Origin: Sphagnum compactum | Taxonomy: Eukaryota | Reading direction: 5' to 3' | Length of the DNA stretch: 64,000 bases | NCBI GenBank assembly: GCA_965153455.1 | Contig: OZ234493.1 | Location: forward strand, 30,804,213 to 30,868,212 | Shown: positions 25,550 to 37,580 of the stretch, in pieces | How the letters are laid out: each line of letters starts with the position of its first letter | Position numbering within the stretch: the first letter of the stretch is position 1 | Translations under genes and position numbers: made by a program | The notes under the pieces: model-generated | What the model was told of the DNA's origin: nothing | The model's input: the letters and a program-made list of their open reading frames with translations, nothing else | Database searches by the model: none

Positions 25550-27200
25550 TAAATGATTTGGATATGGCTCCAAACATTGTTGCATTATGTTTTCGTATTT
25601 TCTTCAGGATCCAGATCCAAATCACTATCTTCCTGGTCATTTTGGATCTTCAATTTTTGCCTCCTTTGTTAAATCTAATGAGAACAAAGATTTGGTAGCA
25701 TTGATTCTTAATGCCTCCATCCGAAAATATGGCATGAAGTTCCAAAATAAACATGTCTTTCCCCACCTTTGCAAATTGTTTTTTTCCTTTCACACATTTG
25801 TGTCCATGCATGAAACAACCACCCAAAAAGTTAGGTTTAACTGCTGACATGCAAAAAGCAACTTCTGAATCTTTTTCTTTCAAGAGCTAATCTTTGATGG
25901 TGCAAGATGTCCACATGTGTAATTATTTTTTAAATGCTTGCTTGAATGGGCATTGGATGATCACATATGCAAGCTAAAGCTTGGAGGTACAATTTGCAGG
26001 TACAAACATTAAACATATTTATGGATGTTGTGATTTGATCCATTATATGAACTCCATGCTCTTATGAACAAACTAGCAATCTATTAGCCATACCTTCTTT
26101 TGGTTTTGTGGCAAGTTTAGTTCCTACGCCTAATTTTTGTGATAAGGAGTTAAAAACCTTTCCACAAATTGTTAACATGTCTTTAAAGTAGAGCAATGAT
26201 TAGTGGAATATGTCAAATGAAACCCTATTCCCAAACAAGTGACCTTCCTTGGACCAATTAGAGGAAAACATCTTGTGGTTGATCCTATAAAAATGATCTA
26301 TAGAAGCAATGAACTTCCATCAACTATAAAGGATATTGCAATAGTAATTTGCCTATTATCTTCAACCTTGAAAACATGTATGTCTTTTGATCCTTTCTTT
26401 TCCCATGTTCTTTCCCCACTTGTAGGTACAAGGTGAGTCCTTGTTTAATCTATGTTTATGACAAGTGATGCAAGCACATTGTATGTTTTTACAAGGTATG
26501 TCACCCTATGTGCCATCTTTGTCCCTTGATCTTCCCAATTTGGTGGTAATTTTCTTATATCCATAGTAGTTGTTTTAAAGGACCAACCTAGCTTGGCCTT
26601 CATGAACTTTATTAAACACTCCAATGAAACTTTGAATGAACCACTCAATAGTTCAAGGGCTTTGAGCTCAAGAAAGTCTTAAATAATGGATTGGACTATG
26701 GGTTTAAAAAGGGCTTATCCAGAAGCTCTAATCTTTTGCAACAAAAACATAAGCTCATCTCTCATTTTTGGCCTTCAATTTAGTATTGAATGTGTTGTTT
26801 TGTGATTGTAAAAGCTCTCCCTCTCTTTATTGACTTTTCAACCACTAATTTCAGCTTTCCATCTAAGGTAAACCACTTTCCTAAAGAGGATCTAGGGAGC
26901 TTATCAAATGGGCTTGGATGTTCCCATGGCTTTATATGAAATGCATAAAGATAATGTAAAGTAGTTATTAAATTTCTATGTTTTTCCATTGCAATCTAAA
27001 TGTGAGGCCAAAGGTGCGATGCAAACCATTTTGTGTAAGTACCTTTTTAATGTTTCTTGGATTCTTTGTTGTTTGTCCCTTCCACATTCTCTTGTTTGAT
27101 GTTTTTGCCAAATGATTGCAATGTCATCTAAGGTTGTAACGTTGGTCGTCCATTGTTGTCTACAAGATAACTCTTTGATTCTCGATTGCCAATTGTTCTA
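25550..27200 (-). pseudogene. pogo/Tigger-like (DDE_1, Tc1/mariner superfamily) transposase remnant
   Basis: Minus-strand fragments RKLPPNWEDQG...LVINID*TRTHLVPTSGERTWEKKGSKDIHVFKVEDNRQITIA and FVPANCTSKL...IIQCPFKQAF, with multiple stops and frameshifts. Confidence 0.72.
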
Positions 27201-28759
27201 TTACATGCTGCAATGCCTTTTCATGCTCCTCTTTTCCTATCTATCGAAACATATATGAAATCATAGTTTCAGTACAAGCCATGACTCTTCCTACAAAAAA
27301 TTGGCAATGCTTAGAATGAAAAAGAAATGTTTCCAACTCTACTTAACAAGATGGATTTTGATTTCGACAAAATGATCTTGATCTTGACAAAATGTGTATG
27401 TATCATTTATATATCCATGCATTTCAGCTACATGCATTCATACATCAAACATCTTTCATTAATATTTTCATTTTTATTGACAAAATTTTCAATAAGTATT
27501 TTTTTAAACGAATTCATTTTTTGAAAATAATTAATTATTCGTCTTTAATGTGTTGAACTTGACCCAAAACTATGGTATGTGGCACAAAAGGTTAATAGGT
27601 CACTTAAATTTAAAATGCCTCCATTTATTATCTCATAATGGAATTATAGTTGGCCTACTTAAACTACTTTGAATCCATCACATTTGTTAAACATGTTTGA
27701 AAGGAAAACAAACTTTGAAAAGAAATTTCTCAAACATCCTACACAAAAATCAACATGTATCCTCTTTAATTGATCCATAATGATATTTGTGGTGCCTTTC
27801 AAATCAAATCTATATCAAGTGAAAAATATTTTATTACCTTTGTAAATGAGTTTAGAAAAAAAACTTAGGTTTTGAAGCCAAGAATCAAACCATGGCTACC
27901 TTCAAAAAAATTAAAACTTTTGTTGAAAATCAAATTAGAAAAATAATCAAAATTCTACAGACATCAAGGTGGGGAATAGTTTGAACAATTTCAAACATGT
28001 TGTCATATTGTTTACATCGATTATTGCATTAATTTGCATCTTCATGTTCTTGGAAATTTAAAAACTTATGTGAAAGGCATTCATTGGGAACACGTGTGGG
28101 GTGCATGTTCCTTTGTGGGCACACCCTCCCCCCCACCGCCGAATAGGCACCATGTCACTTGCCACATAGGTGCCATGTCATTTTTCCCTATGGAAGGTGC
28201 ACCCTTTCATTTACCACATAAGTGCCATGTCATCTGTCACACATGTGTCACATCATCTACCCTATCAATGCTTAATAGGCAAAGGTATCATAAATGCTAG
28301 ACGATGTAACACAATGGAACCAAAATCCTTAAACCCTTACCTCATTATTACACCCCAAAATGTTTGCACCCCAACTTTTGCACCCCTACACCTACATTCA
28401 CACCCATGCACCTCATTTTCACACTCCAAATAGTTGCCCCTGTCTCTAGAAACATAGTTGTGGAAAAATCATCAAGTCCAAAGATCACAAACGACATCCC
28501 ATCACATGATGCAAAAACCAATCACCACCCCATTCCATTCTACCAAAAAACAATTCATGACATGTTTCACAACTCAATGAAAGACCAACCTTAACCACAC
28601 ATTCCACAAAATCAAAACATTAAAGAAGGTTAGGTTCAAAAGGACACATAGCCTTTGTCATCCAATCTAGGAGGAAGTTTATAGCAAGAAAGCTTAAAAG
28701 ATAAATATATAGATAATTTTGTTTCTACCCAAATCCATGTGTAGAGGTCCAAAAGAACA

Positions 28760-30870
28760 AAGATGGAGTCAATTAGATTGAGAGACTACATACACAATGT
28801 GTATTATACTCCAAAAGAACCCTCCACTATTGAATTTCTTACAAATTCAAATTGGCTAGAAGCCATGAATCAAGAGATGGAAGCAATCTACAAGAATGTA
28901 TATGGTCATTATAAAATCTTCATGCATGACAAAAAGCCATTTCTTACAAATGGGTTCTCAAAACCATATAAGACCAATAAAATGATAAAAGATTCAAAAC
29001 AAAGTTGGTTACAAGGGGCTTTGAACAAAAAGACATCAATTTTCAAGATACCTTCTCACCTATGGCCAATGGTCTACCATTCAAACAATTTTAGCTTTTG
29101 CATGGAACTAGAATTGGAAAATTCATCATATGGATATGAAAATAACCTTTCTGAATGGTGAAGTGAAGGAAGCAATCTACTTGAAACAACCTCTTAGTTT
29201 TGAAATCAAAGGGCAAGAAGAAAAGGTATGCAAACTTAACAAAGCCTTCCATGCATTCATGCCAGCTTTAAGTAAGGCCTAGTCCAACAAATAGATGTTT
29301 ACTTGAACACAAGAAGGTTAATGAAAACCTTCAACATGGGAACATTTACTATTGTAGATAGAATAGTTAAATGTTCATTCTAGCCCTCTATGTTGACGAT
29401 CTTTTCTTTATAGGAAATCATCATTCCAAGTTAAGATGGTTAAAAACACAATTGCAAAGTGAATTTCAAATGACAAATCTCAAGCTAACAACTCAATATT
29501 TGGGATTAAAATTTTATCACCAAAATAGGGGTTTGTTTATTCACCAATCTCATCATACCCAAAGCAATAACTACATAGTCAACTTTCACTATTATAGGAG
29601 TTTAATGGGCAAATTTGTTTTTCTCACTTGTGCATTAGACCAAACATCAACTTTGTTGTAAACTTAGTGAGTAGATTTATTTAATCTCTTCAAGAATCAA
29701 ACAAGCTAATATGAACCATTTTAAGTGTAACAAATGGTTTGTGTTTCGCACTTTTGGTCAAATTTTGATTTCAATGTGAAAAGTGGTCAATTATTTTACA
29801 CAAATATGTTGTTTAATATAATATGGAAGTATGTGATATGATTTGAAATAAATTTAAGGTCACATGGGATTGCAAGAAACAACCTACATTAACATTATTG
29901 TCAATTGTGTTAAAATTTGAACATTTATGAGAGCTTTTTTAAAATGACTTGGTTACACCATCTTTTAGCTAAATTGGAATTTCCCATCAACAATCCTACT
30001 CCTATTTATTGCAACAATGAAAGTGGGCAAGCCCATCCTTGGGTGGTATCACTAGGAATGTCACACCTTGATTTTCCTAGACCCATCGATTTTTGAAAAA
30101 TCATAGGAAACACTTAAATAAAAAATTTCATTATTTTTTTATGAATAAATTTACTAGGTTTCATAGATTTTGAAATCTAAATAATATCAAGAATATTATG
30201 TGTTTTGCTCTTTCTAATCATTGCATTTTTAAAAAGTTTCAATAATGTAATGCTAATTTTTTTCTTTGAACTTTTTGGTCAGGAACACAAATCTAAAACG
30301 TGATTTGAGAATTTTCTTATGAATTTTTTTCCTAAGGTAATTTGGAAGTCATTTTATTTTTAGGCTTTTATTAAGTAATTAATTGATTAAATATAATTTA
30401 TTTATGAATTTCCAAACTTGAGGCTATTGATTTTTTAGGGGCCATTTTAATTAGGAATACAATTGTTTTGAAATTCCAATTATTTTTAACTCCCAAATAA
30501 ATTTCAAGCCATATATTAGTGCATTAATGGATAAACATGAAATAATAATAATTTATAGTTGTGAAAACATTTTTTAAAAAAGGCCCAAAAAAATGATTTG
30601 GTTGTTTTTGGTTCCTTAACCATTCCTTGAGGTGGTTCCTAATGGTACCACCCAAAGATGGGGTTTGCCCAAATACCATTTGAATTATGTTATAATCCAA
30701 TCTTTAATGTTCTTGATCAAATATTTTTCCATTCACTTTAATGTTATCCAACATCTTGTTCAAGAACAATAATTTTATTGAATTCATCACATCTACTTTT
30801 CAACTTGCTAACATGTTGACAAAACCATTAGTAAATCAAAAGTTTACTCAATGTCATATTCTTCTTAACC
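28760..30870 (+). pseudogene. Ty1/Copia RT-RNase H remnant, interrupted by a DNA element
   Basis: EPSTIEFLTNSNWLEAMNQEMEAI, ILALYVDDLFFIG (YVDD), NPTPIYCNNES before 30025, and QLANMLTKPL after 30670. Confidence 0.85.
30025..30670. mobile_element. Non-autonomous TIR DNA element nested in the Copia RNase H
   Basis: Imperfect TIRs of about 34 bp: gggcaagcccatccttgggtggtatcactaggaa versus the reverse complement of the right end, gggcaaaccccatctttgggtggtaccattaggaa. AT-rich interior; TSD not clearly preserved. Confidence 0.75.
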
Positions 30871-33800
30871 TACATGTTGATCACTCACAATCACCCACCA
30901 TAGATGCATAGTGAAAAATCCATTTACCTCCTTCATCTTCTATAGGACTCCATTATCAACAATATTTTTTTTTGGGTCTCACCTTAGTTTTAACTATCTT
31001 TGATTTGTCATCACACCAAGAACTTCATCATTGTAGGAACAAAACACACGTCCAAGATTGATTATAACATTTGAACTTAAGATAAACACAAAATGGCATT
31101 ACCCATGTTGGGTCCCTTAACACCTTGGCGACAAGGTTGAAAGAAGGAAGTGAACATATCATTGCACCTTTACATGTGAGCAACATCAATAAGTATTGAC
31201 AAAGAAAAAAAACATAAGAAGAAGGGTGAACAATAGCAAGATCATATATTAAAAAAGGAGCTTTAGCAAGTGTGGTAGCAATAACAGTGTAGGAGCTTAC
31301 ATGGACCCTTCTAGCAACATGAACTTTGCTTGCATTAAGAGTTGCATGCATGCATCAACAAAAACTTCTTGCACAACAATAGAACCATAAGAGTTTCATG
31401 GAACCTTATAACAACGAGAGTTCGATGCATGCATTAGGAATCTCACATGCACATCTACAATAGCTTCCTACAAAGTTTCATGCATGCATTTGCAACATGG
31501 ACCTCACATGCATTAATAAAAACTTCCTATGTGCATTAGCAAGAAGTTTGGATTCGTCAGTAAAAACTTGTTTGCACACATCCACAAGAACTTAACACGT
31601 GTATCAATAGGAATTTGCAACACCAAATAATATGTAGCAACAAGAGCTCTTTCTAATCAATATGCATTCATTTTTCAAAGACATGGTCAAACAACTCCAA
31701 AACTCCACCACTCTTGAAAAAAGTTTTCCTATGTACCCTCATCATCTACTCATTCTCAAATCCACTACAATAACAACAAATAACAAAGCAATCAAACTCT
31801 ACAAAACACAACAATCCTCTATATTCTAAATCTATATTTTTTATCCTCTCAAATAGGAGCCGTTGGGTGAGGGTTGGATTGTAAAAGTATTCATCCCTCT
31901 TGGCTCTCATTCATCCTACTTAGGCATCTAGATATGGTAGATTTAGGTCCTATTAGGTGGCAGCTGCCCCTAATGTATTAGGATTAGGGTTATTTCAATG
32001 CCTTTGATCTAGTCAACCAGTCAACACATGATTCATCCAATGATCCAAATGACCCTTCTAGAATACTACTCAGTACTTAGTTTTTACCATTGCTCCATGT
32101 ATTTAATGGGGTTTCGTACTCAACTTCTTCAAGTGAATGGTTACTAGGGTTGCTCCCCTGTAACAAAACTTCCTACAGTTTTAAAGACCTGGTATCATTT
32201 TATTGTTTAATCCTTAACAAGAAAAAACTATAACAAATCCTGCTCCCTGTATGTAGGGTAGGTTTATAGCTGACATCCAAAAGCCAACCTCCAAAATGAA
32301 GAAGACCTAAAGTGGTCATTCACATGGAAAGTGGTTTTTAGTTATAGCTAACATATGATGTTTGCTATTTGGTGCCACAGCTTTGTTGGCCATGTTTGAG
32401 CTTGGCTTTTTGGTGAATCACTTTGTGGACTGTATGCAAGCTGTGAGTGAATAAAGAACATTGGGAGTTCTGAAAGGTGTGAAGGTCATTGTTGAATTGT
32501 CTCAAAGTATATTATAGCAATTTTTTGGTTATCAAACACTGAAGTCTGAAGAGAAGGGGGTGAAATATATTCTAGCAGATGTTTTCTTGCTGGAAGCCCA
32601 CCAGTTCTTTCTAGTGGATTTCCTGAAAGAACTGGCAAACAACCGCAAACAACCAGCAGTTCAGAGTAGGTTCTTTGACTTGTTCTTTGATTTTTGAGAA
32701 CCACTGGTCAGGGGTCCATGTACCCCACACTTGCCTGCCAGTTCGTTCTTTCAAAAAAGAGAGGATCACCCAACACTGAGAAATACAGACTGTTTGATCA
32801 GCCCAACAAAAGCTCTCAACCACTGATTTTCACTTTCCTGCAGCATGATCTTCAATTGTTTCCTATCTCAGAAGAAAAACTCCACTCATCACAATGAAAT
32901 GATCAAAGTTTCTGATCCCTTGCTTTCTTGACTCCTCATGCTCCAAGCTCTCTTTCCTATCCCTGGATTCTGTCCAAAGGATCACTCCAAGTATTTGGAA
33001 TAAGTATGTTCTCCAACCTCACAAATCCTCACTTGGTACAATGCAAGCCAGAGGAAGGCCTACAAGTTATGGAACAATGAGTCTTGGTAGGCTATGTACT
33101 ATGAAATGGTCAAGCCATGGCCCATTATGTTGGGTACAGCACAAGGCAAGCGCCCAACATAATGAGCAATGGCAAGGCTATTCCATGACATTCAAGGCCT
33201 CTGGTGGCAGATTCAACAATTTCAAAAAAAAACTTCCATGTTCAATGGACATTTTGGTAAGTATTGGATGTATGATCACCAGATGACTCTTGCAGCATCT
33301 GCTTTCCATATGCAAGTGCTACTCTAAAGTAGATCTTTAAACTTTGATAGTGATTGTCACCCTTGCTGTTGGCTATTGAATCACAGACTCCAGGCGATAT
33401 GGGACAAGCATGCAAACTTTCCAGGCTTGATTTGCCTTTCTTCACCACTTTTGGAGGTTCTTTATCATCAATTTGACCATAACTAAGCTCAAGATTCAAC
33501 CCCTCACAATTACAACAAAAGCAGATGAAGATGCAGCACTCCTTAACCTTAACTGTAGGATAAGTGGACAACAAGCCACGAGCTGATCAAGAAACCAAGC
33601 TGATTGCAGACACCAACGGGTAACTGAACTGCTCCGCTATTGCACTTCTTGGGCACTGTTTGAGAAATTTAGAAACCCCCATTTTCTCTGCATTTCATTT
33701 CTCCAAGAGTGGATTTCCAAAACCCTAGAAATGTCCAAGACTACCTTTGATAACAGCTAGTCATACATAATGCTCACTGGCAGTGGATCATTACATTTTC

Positions 33801-35142
33801 TTGTATGTTTTTCCAGTGGTACTCCATCAATGCCACAGTAGTTGAATCCAATCGTCCACCATCTACACCTTTCTTCCCACCTATTTTCCAGAAAGAGCTC
33901 AAGAGCTGCTATTATTTGAGGGAGAGAAATGCAGATCTGGAAGCAAAATAAGCTACAATTGGGTATTGCTCTAATCTAGTACTACTCAAAAACAAACTCA
34001 ACACAGATCAGAGTGGATAGGTAGCATTTCTCCAGTGAAACCTTCTCTTTTCTGTTCATATCTTGGCCACCAATTAACATGAAGTTCAACACAAAACATG
34101 AAATATGCAGGAGACTTGTCACTGCCGCAAACACGTACACATTTCTCCTTATCTACCAACCTGTACTGAAGGTTCAATTTGGTGTGTAGAGTTCCTCAAA
34201 GTCTACCTATCTATCTGAGGCAAAGGGAAATGTCTATTGGTTCATTTCAATATAGAAATAGAGAAACATGGACAAGCACAAAATGTTAGGGTTAGTCTTC
34301 AAATGCTTGCTCTTCACAAATAGCATCTTCCTTGGCTATCACTTCTGCACTTGTTTAGTCATCTCCACTTCCTCTCCTGCACTTCTCATGGGAACACCAT
34401 TCCACTCAGATGGACACAGACATTTCTGCAAACGTTCCTGCTCTGCACTTCTCATGGGAACACCAATAACAAGGTGAGGTTTTCATATAAGTGTGATAAT
34501 GTTTGGGTGGGGACAGAAAAACAAATAAACAATAAACAGCTGCTGTAGTTTGAAAAAAAAAATGCAACCCACCAAGAAAGCAATGAAGAACAAAAGAAAC
34601 ACCCACACATAACGGCAACAACTGCTCATATACATACTTTGAAAGCTGCAGATGAGTATAAAAATGTCATGTAACAAACAGGTGCTGTGAAAGAATAAGA
34701 GTGGCTACTCATGTCCAGGGGCATAATGTACAAGCCTTCTTCTTCCTCAGTCATCTCTCAGAAGGCATCATCACTGAGTAGGTAGTTATATGCTTTACTG
34801 AAGACTTCATCACCAAACGCAAACACTCATCGTTCTCACCCCTCTTCTTCCAACCATAGAATCTCCCTACCATTTTTCCTGCGTAGTTGAGGCCTCTCCG
34901 TGTCCCCTTCGTGAAGTGATGGGGCTACGATCATCTGCACAGGTTATTCTTCTTCTTCTTCTTGCCGCCATCAAGCAGAAACTGGCAGGAGAAAGACTGT
35001 CCAGAGAAGACACGGCTTGTCTTTAAGATTACTACACAGAGTCTTGCCCTTCCCAAAAGAGTTTGCCACTGTTGGGATAGATCGGAAGTGTCAAATGCGT
35101 TGGCGTCCTGTGCAAGGAGATGTACGCAGTAGTACCTGATTC

Positions 35143-35877
35143 TCAGAAAACGCGAGTGTCGAGCATCATGCATTGGAACTCGGCAAAGTCTACTCGTCCA
35201 TCTCCATTTCGGTCGACGGAATTGATCATGCGGCGGCAGTCTTCTATGGTCAAGCCTTTCTCCCCCAAGCCGGATAAAACGCGATGCAGTTCGTCTGCAG
35301 AGATGAAGCCGTTTCCATCAATGTCGAACACATGGAAAGCGGCTCTTATGTCATCCCCGGAATTGCCTGCTGCGCCGTCCGCTCCCTCAATGGCTTCCAT
35401 GGCACGTCTGTTGAGATTGATAAACTCTTGAAGATCGATGAATCCATCGCCATCAGCGTCCACTTCGTCCACCATTTCCTGAAGCTCTTTGTCTGTGGAC
35501 TCGATCCCGAGAGAATGAAGGACGAAGCCCAGCTCCGTGGCTGAGATCTTGCCGTCGCCGTTCATATCGAAGTACCTGAACGCTTCCGTCAGCTCTTCCG
35601 TGCGGTCGAAAGGTGCAACCACCACATCTCTCTGCTGCTCATCAGACGGGGACAACGCATCCAGGGGAGCACTAGACGTCGCTATTGTTGCCCGATTTGA
35701 TGCAGAGCCACCAGATCTGCGGCTAAATTTGAAGATGACCTTCCACGAATGCGAAGAGTCCCTGTCTCTGGAAGAAGACGATTGATACGACCATGCGGAT
35801 GAGGATCCTGATGAATCCGACGAACCCAGGGAAACGTTGTTCGCTTTTTTCTTCTTCGAGAAAAACGGCAACTTCAT
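35143..35877 (-). CDS. Calmodulin-like (CML) calcium-binding protein, 244 aa, four EF-hands, intronless CDS
   Basis: EF loops DMNGDGKISATE, DADGDGFIDLQE, DIDGNGFISADE and DRNGDGRVDFAE, preceded by an about 90-aa basic/Ser-rich N-terminal extension. GC-rich coding composition. Confidence 0.95.
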   Translation of the reverse strand: MKLPFFSKKKKANNVSLGSSDSSGSSSAWSYQSSSSRDRDSSHSWKVIFKFSRRSGGSASNRATIATSSAPLDALSPSDEQQRDVVVAPFDRTEELTEAFRYFDMNGDGKISATELGFVLHSLGIESTDKELQEMVDEVDADGDGFIDLQEFINLNRRAMEAIEGADGAAGNSGDDIRAAFHVFDIDGNGFISADELHRVLSGLGEKGLTIEDCRRMINSVDRNGDGRVDFAEFQCMMLDTRVF

Positions 35878-36786
35878 GTTGGCAGGCAGGCTATCCAGAC
35901 GGTCCTTCTTCTCGGGCCGAAATAATTTCTCGGACCAGTAACACGGTCAAGGTCGGTATCTCCGATTATCCATGAAGCTCAGGACGAATTGTTGCGCTCT
36001 GTATTAAAGTTCGGGATCTCCAACATCGCAGACAAGCATCTCCCGAAAGAAGCCCCTCCGCCCCCAAAAAAAAACAGAAAAAAAGCCTTCAGATGGCTGT
36101 GTTCAATCACACCCTGCCTCAGTGTTCCTGCTTCACAGAATCATGCAAGTTCAACGAGGGAGAACAACGATGTCAAATTCTTCCAGGATGTCCACACCCA
36201 AAAAACGCCGTGAAAACGCAACACAAAGTGGCTACTTGACCCGGTGCCTCCCGTCGTCTCAAATGAAGAACAAGTTTGACTGTACAAATGCAGCAAAAAG
36301 GTTTTTTCAATCGCAAACTTCCTTCTAGGTCTCGGCAGTAGTCCTTTCTTTCTCCATTGCAACAGCTACTGATCAGCGAGCCAGGCTCCAGCCAGCCGCC
36401 ACAGACTTGTAACACCAGGTGCCAAAAGACGACGACACAGAGAGGGGGTGGGGAAAAAAAAAGACCTCAAGTTCAAGCAAGGGCAAAAAAGACTCGTCCC
36501 ACGCTCTGAGAAAAGATCCTCCGTTTCTACCGAATTCAGCACAGCAGCAACTGAGCCACAACAAGAAAAAAGCTGCCAATGCAAAAACTTCCTGACACTC
36601 CTGCAACGATCGATTCAAAAGCGATGGCAGCGTCGGCCGGCCGGACAGACACACCACACAGAAAACACACTTCCCTTGAATTCTTTCCTTCGTTCCTTCC
36701 TTCCCCTTGCAACAACAACAACAACAATGATAGCACAGCTTACATGTGGATCCTGTTTCCGTCATTCTTTCTCTTCTTTCCCTCTC

Positions 36787-37122
36787 CAGTGTTTTTTTTT
36801 TTTTTTTTGGGGGGCGAATTTTCGCAAACTCGCGAGAAGAAAAAACAGAAGGAAGGTGCATAGGGATTTTTTTGGGGAAAAAGTGGGACCACGTCGCCAC
36901 ATTATGAGGAAAAAAAATCCTAAAATCGCCATATTTAGAGAATAAGTTCCAACAAGTCACCAATTTGTATAGCCTACATCTTCCGGCCTCTGACCTCGAA
37001 CGAAATTTGGCTAATAAATAAAGTCTTCTTGTGCATGATCGCCAACCAAGCAAGCCACCTACTTCACAAATTTGAAAAAGAAAAAAGAAAAAACAAACAA
37101 ACAAACAAATAAACAAACACTG
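36787..37122. mobile_element. hAT-type MITE related to the 15438-15790 copy, upstream of CML
   Basis: Ends CAGTGTTT ... AAACACTG, with the same cagtg-polyT-gggggc start and similar interior segments. The 8-bp TSD is not preserved. Confidence 0.6.
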
Positions 37123-37457
37123 TGGACCCTTCTCCTTTTCTCTCCTATTGCAGCTTCCGTGTGCTTTCTCCCATGGTTCCCAAAACGCTCCCACGTATGT
37201 CTGCAGCTCTTTAATGAAAAAAAAATCGTGTGTACTACGGGGGAACTTTAGTTTTAAAGCGTCGATTTCCGAGAAAAAACAAACACCCCCCCCTCCCCCG
37301 AAACCCCCCCCGGGGCCCCCAGTACTGGACGTTGCGTTGGGATGAGGGCGATCAGGACGAGGTCCGTAGCATCCGTAAGCATTTTCCGCGTTGCTGCGTC
37401 TGCTGCTCCCAAGCGGTGGCCGACTCACCAAACGAGAGATCACCAAAACCGATGCAA

Positions 37458-37580
37458 TATCCATCCATTCATTCATGCATCGATTCAATCATCCACGTAT
37501 TCATAGATTCATTCAATTCCATTCATCCATATATTTATACATACATCCATTGATTCATTCAATCATCCATCCATTCATAG
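37458..37580. repeat. Degenerate (CATT/CATC)n tetranucleotide tract
   Basis: atccatccattcattcatgcatcgattcaatcatcc... continuing to about 37580. Confidence 0.75.

Noticed and set aside
34377..34465. 23-bp direct repeat (period 66); similar short duplications at 37800-37833 and 52764-52842
   Set aside because: Ordinary local duplications with no further structure.
35120..35785. Plus-strand ORFs overlapping CML, and antisense ORFs over SOS1 and INO80C exons
   Set aside because: Shadow ORFs expected opposite coding sequence, with no independent support.
36373..37488. 371-aa ORF on the minus strand
   Set aside because: It runs through a MITE, homopolymers and microsatellites (GGGG, FFFF, CCCCC, KKKK runs) and has no recognisable domain. 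It is most likely a chance ORF in GC-rich upstream DNA.
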